DNA from: a virus
Lineage: Duplodnaviria > Caudoviricetes
Virus record (IMG/VR): IMGVR_UViG_3300031938_000005
Span: 1 to 54,257 of that record
Length of the DNA: 54,257 nt
Strand: one strand, 5' to 3'
The notes under the pieces were generated by a model. The model saw only the letters and a list, made by a program, of their open reading frames with translations, did not search any database and was not told where the DNA came from. Below are positions 17,601 to 25,812 of this stretch, in pieces. Every line of letters begins with the position of its first letter. Position 1 is the stretch's first letter. The position numbers and the translations under genes were made by a program.

Positions 17601-18533
17601 CATCAAGGTGTGGTAGTGGTTGGGTGCCAGCTTGTCGCCAGTCGGATGAACATCGATCAGACGTCGGATGATACCCGACTTTGCGTCTGCAATCTTCACC
17701 GGCTGGTTAGTACCCATGAACAGAAAAGCATTCACCTTACCGCGGTAGGTAGGCTTGTACTTCTCGTTCATCTGAATCTCCTCATGGGAGATAATGGAGT
17801 TGAACTTGGAGTTGTCCTCCATCTTGGACAGGTCACCATCCTGTTGGATGGCAGCCAGTGGATTGTCTCGGAACGCCTCGGTCGCGAACGACGAGTTGTT
17901 GGAGACTAGCGCCTTGGCCTCGAAAACCGTCGTGTAGCCCGCGAAGAGCTTCTCGATGATATTCATGATGGTGGACTTGCCGGTGCCACCAGGACCATAG
18001 AACACTATGAACTTTTGAATGCGCTTTGCATCGCCGGCAACGATAGCGCCGATCGCCCACTCAATCTTGGCACGCTCTTCCGGAGAATATAGCGTCCCAA
18101 CAATCTCGTTCCAAGCGTCGCACTTTCCGGGGGCCAGTGGATATGGAAGTCGTCGGCTCACGTAGTCCGTCTTCTTCACTTCGGTGTTCGCGAAGGTCAA
18201 CTCAGAGTCCAGCTCGTGCGAGTTGTCGCTGATGTTCTGCAGGAACTTTCGAAATGCATACCAGCCGCCGTTAGTTGCGTTACGCAGGTACTTGACGCTG
18301 TAGTCCATTCCGTCTGCTCGCGCTTTTTCCGCGAACTTCTTCAGCTCAAGGTCGACCAAACGCTGGACGTCGTACTCGTCCTTCGACCACAAGCCTGCTT
18401 CTTCATCCCAGACTGCGTAGAAGTGCTTACCCCGAACCATCAGGTCCTGAGATCGCCCAACGACGAAGTCCGGAAATATCTCCGGAGGTTCTCCCTTCTT
18501 TCCATCGCGAATGCCCACTGTGAAGAAATCCAT
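14646..18533 (-). CDS. fused SF3/D5-like helicase - primase - 3'-5' exonuclease - family B DNA polymerase
   Basis: GPGGTGKST; IDFD and GVHLHY (AEP-like primase); FDLE, GFNN..YD, YCRND (Exo I-III); DVASMHPS, KIVINIVYG, IKTDS (Pol B A-C). Confidence 0.85.
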   Translation of the reverse strand: MDFFTVGIRDGKKGEPPEIFPDFVVGRSQDLMVRGKHFYAVWDEEAGLWSKDEYDVQRLVDLELKKFAEKARADGMDYSVKYLRNATNGGWYAFRKFLQNISDNSHELDSELTFANTEVKKTDYVSRRLPYPLAPGKCDAWNEIVGTLYSPEERAKIEWAIGAIVAGDAKRIQKFIVFYGPGGTGKSTIMNIIEKLFAGYTTVFEAKALVSNNSSFATEAFRDNPLAAIQQDGDLSKMEDNSKFNSIISHEEIQMNEKYKPTYRGKVNAFLFMGTNQPVKIADAKSGIIRRLIDVHPTGDKLAPNHYHTLMSQIDFELGAIAHQCLEAYRKMGKNYYNAYQPLEMMFQTDVFFNFIEANYDIFKAQDGISLKQAYTMYKEYCSETGIDRVLPMYKAREELRNYFREFKDRHTVEGQTIRSYYDGFIADKFKAPVTENDVATFSLVMEEDISLFDLEYAEMPAQYGRENEFNNIVPSQRWANVKTTLAEIDTSQLHYVKVPEQHIVIDFDIRDETGNKSLELNLAAASEWPATYAELSQGGNGVHLHYNWTGMDDISELSQNYADGIEVKTLLGDASLRRRLSKCNNVPVADINSGLPVKEKKKVLGDKQLKSERGLRELLMKNLRKEIMPGTKVSIDFMKKILDDAYNSGMPYDVTDMRPKIMAFANNSTNQPVQCLKIVQQMKWKSEPTDQTVVPKPEPQPGDAFFKPGAVRDARHVFFDLEVYPNLFVVCWKFEDAPEESIVTMINPSPQDVEPLFSMKLIGFNNRRYDNHILYARYLGYDNEQLYKLSQKIIEGSVGSMFGEAYGLSFADIYDYSSKKQSLKKFEIELGLRHMELDIPWDEPVPDVLIPKVCEYCRNDVLATEATHKARKADFTARQILAELSGLSVNDTTQKQTAKIIFGNDRNPQSKFVYTDLSTIFPGYEYNEFRSPANPDPDGWSSKSKYRGEDPSEGGYVYAKPGMYENVVVLDVASMHPSSIIALNAFGPYTENFADLLNARLAIKHKDYEAARHMLDGRLAPYLEDPSSAKELSYALKIVINIVYGLTSAKFDNPFRDPRNIDNIVAKRGALFMIELKNLCEERGMEVVHIKTDSIKLVNPSQEDIDFVNEIGAKYDYDFEHEATYDRFCLVNDAVYISRYGWHADEPELVGKWDATGAQFQHPYVFKKMFSGEEVTWDDLCETKQVSKGTIYIDFDSVQKPMWADRGIRGFQFVGRIGRFVPVTPESGGGILYRVHDGKQYAVSGTKGFFWLDANVAKTMISDIEIDESYFEGLRDDAYKAITKYGDFDKFVAP

Positions 18534-18546
18534 CTGCCCTCCTCTC

Positions 18547-19080
18547 TTACGTCTCGTTTTCGATCAGATATGCGTTCATCTGGTACCAGATCTCCACGTC
18601 CTTCTGGTCACGGCGAGAGTGCCGCAACGGGAAGAGACCGCCTGTACCGTCCCTGCGGTAGGTCCGGTAAATAACGGTATTGAGGATCTCCTCGACATCC
18701 TCATGGGGGATCTGCATATTGTCGGTGTAGATGGCCAGATCGAGCGTCTCCATAAAATGCCAGAACCATTCCTGCGTAGTGCCATCAGCCTCGAAGGCAC
18801 AGCGGGAAGAAAGCGCGATCAGCATTTCGAGGAAGGAGCAGCCTGTCTCCATCCAGTCTCTATCTACAGTGTCAAGACCGAGTTCGTGAAGGAAGGCGTA
18901 ACGAAGTGCCTTGCCGTCCTCCACTCGGTTGTCGTCATTAGCGATGATCCAAACGAACTCCGTCTTAAAGAGAAGTCGGAATATCGACCAATGACTACGA
19001 GAAGGAGCCTTCTCGCGCTCGTTGTCAACCTGCCCGTAGAGCCACTGAAGATATAGCTCATCCAAGGGCAGCGACAACAT
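18547..19080 (-). CDS. conserved hypothetical protein
   Basis: DDNRVEDG..LRY.F, CSFLEMLIALS.R, GGLFPL, EIWYQM motifs. Confidence 0.8.
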   Translation of the reverse strand: MLSLPLDELYLQWLYGQVDNEREKAPSRSHWSIFRLLFKTEFVWIIANDDNRVEDGKALRYAFLHELGLDTVDRDWMETGCSFLEMLIALSSRCAFEADGTTQEWFWHFMETLDLAIYTDNMQIPHEDVEEILNTVIYRTYRRDGTGGLFPLRHSRRDQKDVEIWYQMNAYLIENET

Positions 19081-19955
19081 CAGTCATCGCCACCCCGGAA
19101 CTTGCGAAGAGGCTCCTTCTCGTCCTCCTCATCGTCGTCGATGTCGAGAACGACCTTGGCGTACTTCCCCTCATGGAGAGCCACCTCGTAGTCGACCTGA
19201 CGACGGTTGTTGCGGATATAGACAATCTTCGGGTCGCCCGATCCATGACCGAACTGGTTCAGGTTCATCTGACCGACATTCGAGTCGATCGCGCTGATGA
19301 CCCCATCCGAGTCGTCCGCGAGCACATCGTCGCCGGCGTAGTACGTCACCTGCATCTGCTCGTGGTCGGGCTCGTTCTCGTTGAACTCCTCCACGCTGAT
19401 GACGAACGGGAACCGCTCGTTTCGCTTGGAGTTTTCGACGTCCTGGTCCCACTCGTCCTTGTCGATGGGCTTGCCATCCACGAAGATATTGTGGTGAGTG
19501 ATGGTGGTCTCCTCGAGATCCTCCGTGCCGGCAACCTGCTCCACCGTGGTGACTTCCAGGCCCTGCTCGGTCTCGACGATCGTGACCGGCTGCTTGTGGA
19601 AGGCGCCGTAGTTGGTGATGGCCTTGTTGGCGTCCTCGGTGACCTTCTCCAGACCGAGTGCCTCGGCGGCAGCCTCCACAGACGAGTAGTCCCCGTCCTT
19701 GGTAAGCCGCTGAGCCTTGGACTCGTAGTAGTGCTTGGCTTCGTCAATCTCAGCCTCAAGCTGAGCTTCGAAAACGGCCGTGAGGCGCTTCCGTGCGACG
19801 AAATATCCGATGACGCTTCCGACGGCGAGACCCACAACACCAACGCCGATGACAACGGCCGGGTTGTTGCGGAACTTCTCGACCTGCTCGAAGACCTCAG
19901 GAACGACCGCCTCAGCGACGTCCTCGATCTTGTCGATCACTGCCTGCTCTTCCAT
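19080..19955 (-). CDS. membrane-anchored acidic hypothetical protein
   Basis: N-terminal TM helix, PFVIS.EEF, YYAGD.VLAD. Confidence 0.75.
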   Translation of the reverse strand: MEEQAVIDKIEDVAEAVVPEVFEQVEKFRNNPAVVIGVGVVGLAVGSVIGYFVARKRLTAVFEAQLEAEIDEAKHYYESKAQRLTKDGDYSSVEAAAEALGLEKVTEDANKAITNYGAFHKQPVTIVETEQGLEVTTVEQVAGTEDLEETTITHHNIFVDGKPIDKDEWDQDVENSKRNERFPFVISVEEFNENEPDHEQMQVTYYAGDDVLADDSDGVISAIDSNVGQMNLNQFGHGSGDPKIVYIRNNRRQVDYEVALHEGKYAKVVLDIDDDEEDEKEPLRKFRGGDD

Positions 19956-20053
19956 TTCAGATTCCAATCTTGTCGAGGAGCTTCTTCGCCAAGAACGGCG
20001 AGAGGAAAACTCCAAATATCGCGCCTAGGATTAAGGCGACTTTGTTGGTTCGA

Positions 20054-20962
20054 TCAGATGAGGTCGTAGACGACGCCGTCGACATTGAAGTCCACCAGGA
20101 TGCCGGTCTCGTGCCCGTTCACGAAGTCGAGAAGACGGTCGACACGGCTGTCATCCCAGATCCCGAAATCGATGTGGTTGTCGCCGGTACCGCGCGGGTT
20201 GTCGAGAACCCAACCGACGATCTGGCCTTCCTTGGTGCGGGGCATTCCCAGCGCGTCGTACGCCTCGTTGAGGAAGACGTGTCCACGCGCATTGAGCTTG
20301 ATGTTCAGGAAGTCCTGGTGCATCTTGATGAAGTGGAGGCAGTGCTCGGGCGACTGATTCCAGTTCTCGTTGTCGATGTCGAAGAACTTCGCGTACATGG
20401 AAGTCCCCGAAGCGACCTTGATTCGCTCGACCTTCGGCTCACCCTTCTTGCCCTCGGAGTAGATCTCCTTCTCCTCGGTGGGGTAACGGTACTCACGCTC
20501 CTTGTCCTCGCCCACGTCGGCGATGACGCGCTGCCTGTACTCCTCCATGCCCTTGGCGAGCGTGGCGTAAGCAGCCATCAAAGCCCCGTTGCGACGGGTC
20601 AGAGTGACGTGAGAACCGGTGAGAGCACCGATCGATGCCGCACCGACGAGAAGTGCCGGTCCGTAGAGCTTCGTCATCTTGGCGACGGTTCGTGCGTAGA
20701 CCTTGAGCTTCTCAGCCGCCAGGTCCTTGTCGGAGTAGTCCTCGGGAGCGATCTCGCGAGCAGACTTAGCCCGAGACATGAGCACCTCGTGCTCCTCGAT
20801 GACTTCGTCGAACTTGAGGGTCGCACGGCTGGCGAGGAAGACGGTCGCGCCGAAACCGACAACGCCGCCGACGAACATGATGGTCGGGCTGTTCTTCTTG
20901 GTCTTCAGAACCTGACGACCCACCTTTGAGGTGACTGTGTTGGCAAGTGCCTTGATGTTCAC
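20054..20962 (-). CDS. DUF6353-like membrane-associated protein
   Basis: KNSPTIMF.GGVVG..., YRQRV, GHVFLNEAYD.LG, VDFNVDG. Confidence 0.75.
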   Translation of the reverse strand: MNIKALANTVTSKVGRQVLKTKKNSPTIMFVGGVVGFGATVFLASRATLKFDEVIEEHEVLMSRAKSAREIAPEDYSDKDLAAEKLKVYARTVAKMTKLYGPALLVGAASIGALTGSHVTLTRRNGALMAAYATLAKGMEEYRQRVIADVGEDKEREYRYPTEEKEIYSEGKKGEPKVERIKVASGTSMYAKFFDIDNENWNQSPEHCLHFIKMHQDFLNIKLNARGHVFLNEAYDALGMPRTKEGQIVGWVLDNPRGTGDNHIDFGIWDDSRVDRLLDFVNGHETGILVDFNVDGVVYDLI

Positions 20963-20963
20963 T

Positions 20964-21104
20964 TCAGGAAACCTTTCCTTGTTCCTTGAGCCGCAGATAT
21001 ACGGCGATGACCTGGCCTTCGGACATCTTGTTGACCTTGGCCGTCCACTTCGGTGAAGGGTAAACGCCCTTCAAGATTTCACGCTTGTGCTCTGTGTCGC
21101 TCAT
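20964..21104 (-). CDS. small hypothetical protein (46 aa)
   Basis: Manually read MSDTEHKRE...YPSPKW..KVNKMS..QVIAVY; AAAGGAG RBS. Confidence 0.65.
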   Translation of the reverse strand: MSDTEHKREILKGVYPSPKWTAKVNKMSEGQVIAVYLRLKEQGKVS

Positions 21105-21130
21105 CGGGCGTCACTCCTTTCGAATATGGG

Positions 21131-21814
21131 TTAGACGATGGGCTCTGTGGGAGGCAACACGAGCAGATATCCGTCACGAGTGCGACGAGCATCCGCTCCT
21201 GCCAGGGAATCCCAACCCCATTTCTCGTCAGTGAACTCCGGCGCGATATCAACCATCACGAGGAGATCCTTGACCGAGACGACACCGTACTTGTCGAGCA
21301 ACGCGAACATCTGATCGAGAACGTCGTTGGCCTGAGCCCGAGAGCCCAGAACGATCTCGCCGAAGTCGTGTGATCGACGTGCTTGACGGCTGAGTTGCGG
21401 TCGCGGGTCCTCGCGTCGTGCAGGACCGCTGCCGCGGGGGTCACCGCTGTAACCGCGGTAGTTCACGAAATTGGTGGAGGCACCACCGCCTGTCCTACGA
21501 CGGCTACCACCACCCACTCGGGCCTCGCCGAATATCATCCGCTCGACACCAGTTGTGACCGCGTCTGCGACCATGTCCTGGAATGCCGGACGAAGAACAT
21601 CGTTGCCCACGTAGCTGACAACGTGGTTGAGATCGGCGCCGAAGAAGGTCTTCTTGACCCGCCCCCACATACCGACCTTTCGCTTGACCGCCGATCCATC
21701 CGTGACGACCTTCATGACCTCCTTCTCGGGCTCCGCCTGAACGGGATTCACCCGAGTCGTACGCTCAGTTCGTTCGACGCGTACGGTCCTGCTGTTGCTC
21801 GGAAACTCTTCCAC
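21131..21814 (-). CDS. conserved hypothetical protein
   Basis: FPSNS...YGVVSV.DL...TD.KWGW. Confidence 0.75.
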   Translation of the reverse strand: MEEFPSNSRTVRVERTERTTRVNPVQAEPEKEVMKVVTDGSAVKRKVGMWGRVKKTFFGADLNHVVSYVGNDVLRPAFQDMVADAVTTGVERMIFGEARVGGGSRRRTGGGASTNFVNYRGYSGDPRGSGPARREDPRPQLSRQARRSHDFGEIVLGSRAQANDVLDQMFALLDKYGVVSVKDLLVMVDIAPEFTDEKWGWDSLAGADARRTRDGYLLVLPPTEPIV

Positions 21815-21832
21815 TTTGTTCCTCTTTCAAGA

Positions 21833-21857
21833 GAAAATGAGAACCCTAGAGGCTCTC
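21833..21857 (-). terminator. intrinsic terminator
   Basis: GAGAGCCT-CTA-GGGTTCTC followed by ATTTTCTC. Confidence 0.6.
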
Positions 21858-22121
21858 GGTTTGGTCGTCTGACGTGATCTGCTTGATCTTGCGAGCCTTG
21901 ATCTTCCCGACAAGATCGTCAACGAAGAGTTCCTTCTCGTCATCCACCATCCCGGTGAGTACGGAAGAAAGGCCGCCAGCCATCAGATGGGTGATCAACT
22001 TGTGATCTTCCAGCGATGGAATGGCCTTCTTCAAGGCTTTTGCTGCAACGATCTCGATGGCCGATCCGATCACGGCGTCGAGAGTGAAATTGAGAAGCCT
22101 CTTAGCGGCTTTCTCGTCCAT
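21846..22121 (-). CDS. cassette gene, hypothetical protein
   Basis: 91 aa directly downstream of a promoter motif. Confidence 0.75.
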   Translation of the reverse strand: MDEKAAKRLLNFTLDAVIGSAIEIVAAKALKKAIPSLEDHKLITHLMAGGLSSVLTGMVDDEKELFVDDLVGKIKARKIKQITSDDQTESL

Positions 22122-22148
22122 TGGACTTTCCTTCTTTCAGATAGGGTC

Positions 22149-22175
22149 TCATTAAGGGCTTTGTTTTTCGTGCGA
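22149..22175 (-). promoter_or_regulatory. phage promoter motif copy
   Basis: TCGCACGAAAAACAAAGCCCTTAATGA. Confidence 0.75.
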
Positions 22176-22194
22176 GGGTGGGCGCATGTTCTAT

Positions 22195-22292
22195 TGAGAC
22201 TCGGCTGTCGTTTAAAGATTCGTCCTTGAAAGGACTAGGCCTCCTGAATAGGGCGAGACCCCGCGAAGGACCCTGGCCATCTCCCAGTCGCA
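22195..22292 (-). ncRNA. candidate structured ncRNA
   Basis: ORF-free, nested stems GACTGGG/CCGAGTC, GGAGAT/ATCTTT, GGCC/GGCC, GTCCT/AGGAC. Confidence 0.4.
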
Positions 22293-22300
22293 GATATATG

Positions 22301-22867
22301 TCAGCCGAGGTCAGCCAGCTCGCGTTGGAGGCGCTCCCTCTTCTGCTCAGGAGTCTCCTCGTCCTCCGGCGTCACGTCCACGACACTCTTGCTTTCGCTG
22401 ACCGTGGGCGCGGACACCTGCTTGCTCTGGAAGTCCTGCGGCTGCTTCGGACCGTTCGCGGCCTCAGCCTTGCGTGCCTCCTCGATCAGGTTCGGCGGCA
22501 TGACGTCGTTGAGGAACGACATGGCACCCTCTGGGTCCTGGAAGAGCGCCCACAGGAAGGCGTCGTAGGCAGCGCTGTCTCGGAAATCCTCGAGGATCTC
22601 GGGACGCTGACGGAACTTGGCCTCACCATCGACGGTGACTCGCTTGCCGTAGGACAGGTTGATGAACATCTTGACAACGTCTAGGATCTCCTGCTTCTCC
22701 GACGTCAGGAGCTCACGCTCAGCGCCGCTGACCATGTCCTGCAGGGCCTCGAGTCGGTCACCCAGGTGGAGGTTGTCGGTGATGGTGTCGACCTTCAGGT
22801 GGAAATACAGGTCCTGACTGTGGGGCTTGCTGTCGAAGTCCTTGTAGTTGACAGTCTTCTTGATCAT
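22301..22867 (-). CDS. conserved hypothetical protein
   Basis: MIKKTVNYKDFD...LYFHL...SYGKR...F..SAAY. Confidence 0.8.
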   Translation of the reverse strand: MIKKTVNYKDFDSKPHSQDLYFHLKVDTITDNLHLGDRLEALQDMVSGAERELLTSEKQEILDVVKMFINLSYGKRVTVDGEAKFRQRPEILEDFRDSAAYDAFLWALFQDPEGAMSFLNDVMPPNLIEEARKAEAANGPKQPQDFQSKQVSAPTVSESKSVVDVTPEDEETPEQKRERLQRELADLG

Positions 22868-22880
22868 TTTTTCGCGGGTC

Positions 22881-23288
22881 TCACTTTCCGAATTCAGTGA
22901 CGAGCGCGAGCTGGCCAATCCAGTACTCACGCGAGTGTCGTTGGTAGTTGTTTGCTTCTTGCTCCGTCAGACGAACAACCTTGAGATCCCCGCAGTCCGC
23001 GAGAATATCGGCGTAGTCATCCTCGTATCGATCATCGATCTCGCTGCCTGGGAATGGGCCATAGAGAATGATGCCGTCCGTCTTGACGGCGTTCGAGTGC
23101 TCGAGGTAGTACTCACACCCATCGTTCGGGTGTGGATCTGGAAGAACGTGGATCATTCGAGCGAAATGAATCCATACCCCATGAGTATCGCAGAGCTTCC
23201 CTTCGGGAGCTTTGCAAGACTCTTCCGGACACTCAATGGTCAGGAAATCACCGAACGTCTTTAGTGCTTCTTCTCGGGTCAGGGGCAT
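22881..23288 (-). CDS. hypothetical Zn-finger protein
   Basis: ECPEESCKAPEGKLC...HFAR motif. Confidence 0.65.
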   Translation of the reverse strand: MPLTREEALKTFGDFLTIECPEESCKAPEGKLCDTHGVWIHFARMIHVLPDPHPNDGCEYYLEHSNAVKTDGIILYGPFPGSEIDDRYEDDYADILADCGDLKVVRLTEQEANNYQRHSREYWIGQLALVTEFGK

Positions 23289-23482
23289 TAGTTCTCCAGA
23301 TATGGGATCAGCGGATTCCTCCGCGCATGGTTTTTGATCCGAACAGTCACGGCTCCATTGATTTGGAAACCGAGCATCGACGGAACACGCTCCAGGTAGA
23401 GCCCAAGATCTGTCAGAGATCGACAAATATGGGGTGCCTGGACCGCGTTGTCGCCGAAGTCAAGAGTGACTTCGTATTCCAC
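23288..23482 (-). CDS. hypothetical protein (64 aa)
   Basis: GTG start after AAAGAGG; TAATG coupling. Confidence 0.55.
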   Translation of the reverse strand: MEYEVTLDFGDNAVQAPHICRSLTDLGLYLERVPSMLGFQINGAVTVRIKNHARRNPLIPYLEN

Positions 23483-23501
23483 TTTGGCCTCTTTCGAGGG
23501 A

Positions 23502-23903
23502 TCAGGGAGTCGGGGACTCCGGGAAGCTTGCCTCATCGACGATGCTCTTCTGAGCGGTGCGGAGAACCGAACGACGGTAGATCTGTCGACCGTTCTCGAG
23601 CAGGACCTTGTCGTAACCCGTGTCGTGAAGCACATAGGCGACGCCGGCGATGATGAGGGCGATGCGGGTCTTGCGGAACTTCTTGACGGTCTTCTCGCCG
23701 GTGAAGCCCTTCTTGACGAGGCGCTGACGAGCCTTCGCCAGGTACTTCGCTTCGCCGGAGATGTCGGCCAGGGAAATGGCCTTGGTGAACGCCTCGTGGT
23801 AACCCGAGATGTTCTCCGTCTTCCAAGCGATGTCGGCCTGCTTGATTCCGGTGATGGCCCACTCGTAGGCGTCGTTCTCAGCGAGCCTCTCAATTGCGTT
23901 CAT
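23502..23903 (-). CDS. hypothetical membrane protein
   Basis: MNAIERLAE..., GAAAGGA RBS, one TM segment. Confidence 0.7.
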   Translation of the reverse strand: MNAIERLAENDAYEWAITGIKQADIAWKTENISGYHEAFTKAISLADISGEAKYLAKARQRLVKKGFTGEKTVKKFRKTRIALIIAGVAYVLHDTGYDKVLLENGRQIYRRSVLRTAQKSIVDEASFPESPTP

Positions 23904-23936
23904 GCATCTTCCTTTCTCGGAAACATGGATAAAGCG

Positions 23937-23966
23937 AAAGAGAAAGCCCACGATTGATTCGCGGGC
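23937..23966 (-). terminator. intrinsic terminator
   Basis: GCCCGCGA-ATCAA-TCGTGGGC-TTTCTCTTT. Confidence 0.7.
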
Positions 23967-23995
23967 GATCCCTTTTCCTTCTTGCCGGTAGGCGA

Positions 23996-24181
23996 TCAGG
24001 CGGAGGTGTTGTCGGTGACGATCTCGACGTCCACCGAGTCCTTGAGGAACTTCGTCGCCGCGAAGGTGAGGCCAGCGGCCACCACGACGGTGGCAACGGC
24101 AGCAGCCTTGCGGTTTCGGAAGACCTTCTTGAGGATCTTCGGGGAGTCGACCTCGGTCACAACAGCAACGGTCTCGTTCAT
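23996..24181 (-). CDS. cassette gene, 61-aa single-TM protein
   Basis: GAAAGGA RBS, MNETVAVV..., hydrophobic AAAVATVVVAAGLTFAA. Confidence 0.8.
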   Translation of the reverse strand: MNETVAVVTEVDSPKILKKVFRNRKAAAVATVVVAAGLTFAATKFLKDSVDVEIVTDNTSA

Positions 24182-24210
24182 TTTCGTTTCCTTTCGGTGT
24201 TGAGGGGGTC

Positions 24211-24237
24211 TCATTATGACCCGTGTAAAACCTGCGA
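24211..24237 (-). promoter_or_regulatory. phage promoter motif copy
   Basis: TCGCAGGTTTTACACGGGTCATAATGA. Confidence 0.8.
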
Positions 24238-24330
24238 GGAGCCTGCCCCGATCATTCACAATCTTCGAGGCAGGCGTCCACGTCAGAATAACCGACCTTG
24301 TAGAACACCCACGGGCTAGGTGGCCAGGCC

Positions 24331-25125
24331 TTACCGAAAGGAGTAGTAGTCTCGAATCGGCTTCGTTCGGTACTTCACCGCCATCACAGTGGTCTGTCCG
24401 CTGTCATGGATGACCGCGTCATATCCCACCTCGAGGAGGTTGTCGCTCGTCCAGCCGACCTCGTCCGACTCCTGTGTCTTGGACAGACCCAGGTGCTCGT
24501 AGAAGTCGGTCAGAGACGAATATCCATGCACGTTGAGCTGGTGGTTCAGGTCGTTCACAGCCCGGTTGACGGCCTCCATGTTGCTACGGAAGTACCGACC
24601 ACTCCACGAGTCCTGGAAGATCTGGTCAGCGTCGTTCGTGACGATGACGATGTTCTCCTTGGTGGGCGGGTTACTGTCGACACGGTCCTGGGCAACTGCC
24701 ACATCGACCTTCTCTGCCTTGTTCTTCCCGATCTGCTCGACCACCTTCTCCCGATAGTCCACGAAGGCCTTCTCGGAAATAGTGAATGCCGCAGCCATAG
24801 CTGCAGAGCGGGAAGTGCTGATCTTGTTGGAACCGACCACCGAAGCGACGGTGATCAGGCCCACGCCACAGGCCGGGACATACGACTTCCAGGTCAGCGC
24901 CAGTTTCTCTTGGAACGTGGGCTCATATGAGCTCTGCGTCGCAGTTCGTCGGATGTTCTCCGAATAACGCTTGTCCGCGATGATCTCCGCCGACTTGTAG
25001 CCACCACGGGCTGCAAGATATGCGGTTCCGATGACGCCAACGGCGGCAACGACGGTCAACAGAACCGGACTGTTGTCGATGGTGAACTTCTGGGCCTTCT
25101 TGGCGACATCACTTGCTGAGGTCAT
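24331..25125 (-). CDS. DUF6353-like protein (paralogue of 20054..20962)
   Basis: NSPVLLT..AAVGV.GTAYLA, YREKV, D.WSGRYF, SL.DFY..LG, VGW. Confidence 0.75.
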   Translation of the reverse strand: MTSASDVAKKAQKFTIDNSPVLLTVVAAVGVIGTAYLAARGGYKSAEIIADKRYSENIRRTATQSSYEPTFQEKLALTWKSYVPACGVGLITVASVVGSNKISTSRSAAMAAAFTISEKAFVDYREKVVEQIGKNKAEKVDVAVAQDRVDSNPPTKENIVIVTNDADQIFQDSWSGRYFRSNMEAVNRAVNDLNHQLNVHGYSSLTDFYEHLGLSKTQESDEVGWTSDNLLEVGYDAVIHDSGQTTVMAVKYRTKPIRDYYSFR

Positions 25126-25462
25126 TGTGGTACTCCGTTGCACGGTCGATGGTGTCTTGGTCTCGCGCTTCGATCTCCTTCTGGAGACGCTTAGCGTCCT
25201 TCTGTTCCTCGATCATCTGGTCGTAGATCGAGAGGTTCTTCCTCTCCGGCTCACTCGGGAGAAGAACAATGTGATTCCGCAGGCTGTTGCGCTTGATCTT
25301 ACGCTTGAACAGCCGCTTGAGTGCCCATCGCTGGAAGTCATGGACAAGGTCTCGGAAGCCTTCCCACATGAGGTACATCCCGATGAGCGGGAACAACGAG
25401 AAGACCGCCAGAATGACGGCCATGATGATCCATTCAAAGACCATCAGAATGAAGTCGAGCAT
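25109..25462 (-). CDS. membrane protein
   Basis: Hydrophobic N-terminus, AAAGGAG RBS. Confidence 0.7.
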   Translation of the reverse strand: MLDFILMVFEWIIMAVILAVFSLFPLIGMYLMWEGFRDLVHDFQRWALKRLFKRKIKRNSLRNHIVLLPSEPERKNLSIYDQMIEEQKDAKRLQKEIEARDQDTIDRATEYHNDLSK

Positions 25463-25490
25463 TCTGCGCTCCTTTCAGATATGGGGTCCC

Positions 25491-25628
25491 TTAGGACCGG
25501 CGGCGCATTTCGCGCACGAATATGAAGATGAGCCAGAGCCCACCAGTGAGAAGCGTCATCGCACAATCCGCGATGAACTTCCAAAAGCCGTAGTTACGTC
25601 GCCGTTCAACGATGACATACTTCGACAC
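25491..25628 (-). CDS. small membrane protein (45 aa)
   Basis: Manually read MSKYVIVERRRNYGFWKFIADCAMTLLTGGLWLIFIFVREMRRRS; AAAGGAGG RBS. Confidence 0.7.
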   Translation of the reverse strand: MSKYVIVERRRNYGFWKFIADCAMTLLTGGLWLIFIFVREMRRRS

Positions 25629-25661
25629 GGGTCCTCCTTTCTGGGTTTGGGTATTAGGCAG

Positions 25662-25724
25662 AAAAAAAAAGGAAGAGTTGTATTACACTCATGTGTAGTA
25701 CGCTCGCTTAGCGCGAATCTCTTC
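25662..25724 (-). ncRNA. small three-way-junction RNA (cassette sRNA B)
   Basis: Promoter motif, then GAAGAG..CTCTTC closing stem (53 nt), two internal hairpins, T9 tract. Confidence 0.7.
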
Positions 25725-25749
25725 ATTATGAGCCATGTTTTTTCTGCGA
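25723..25749 (-). promoter_or_regulatory. phage promoter motif copy
   Basis: TCGCAGAAAAAACATGGCTCATAATGA. Confidence 0.8.
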
Positions 25750-25751
25750 GG

Positions 25752-25812
25752 AAAAATAAGAAGAGGTGTAGCGACTCGAACGCATGGCTCCCTAAAATGA
25801 GCTAATCTCTTC
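25752..25812 (-). ncRNA. small tRNA-elbow-like RNA (cassette sRNA A)
   Basis: GAAGAG/CTCTTC stem, GCTC-ATTTTAGG-GAGC (D-arm-like), GCG-TTCGAGT-CGC (T-arm-like), TTATTTTT tail. Confidence 0.7.

Noticed and set aside
22195-22292. Hammerhead, HDV/theta or twister ribozyme
   Set aside because: GTCC..GGACGAA resembles hammerhead stem II, but CUGAUGA is absent; HDV P1/P3 and twister P4 pairings could not be built
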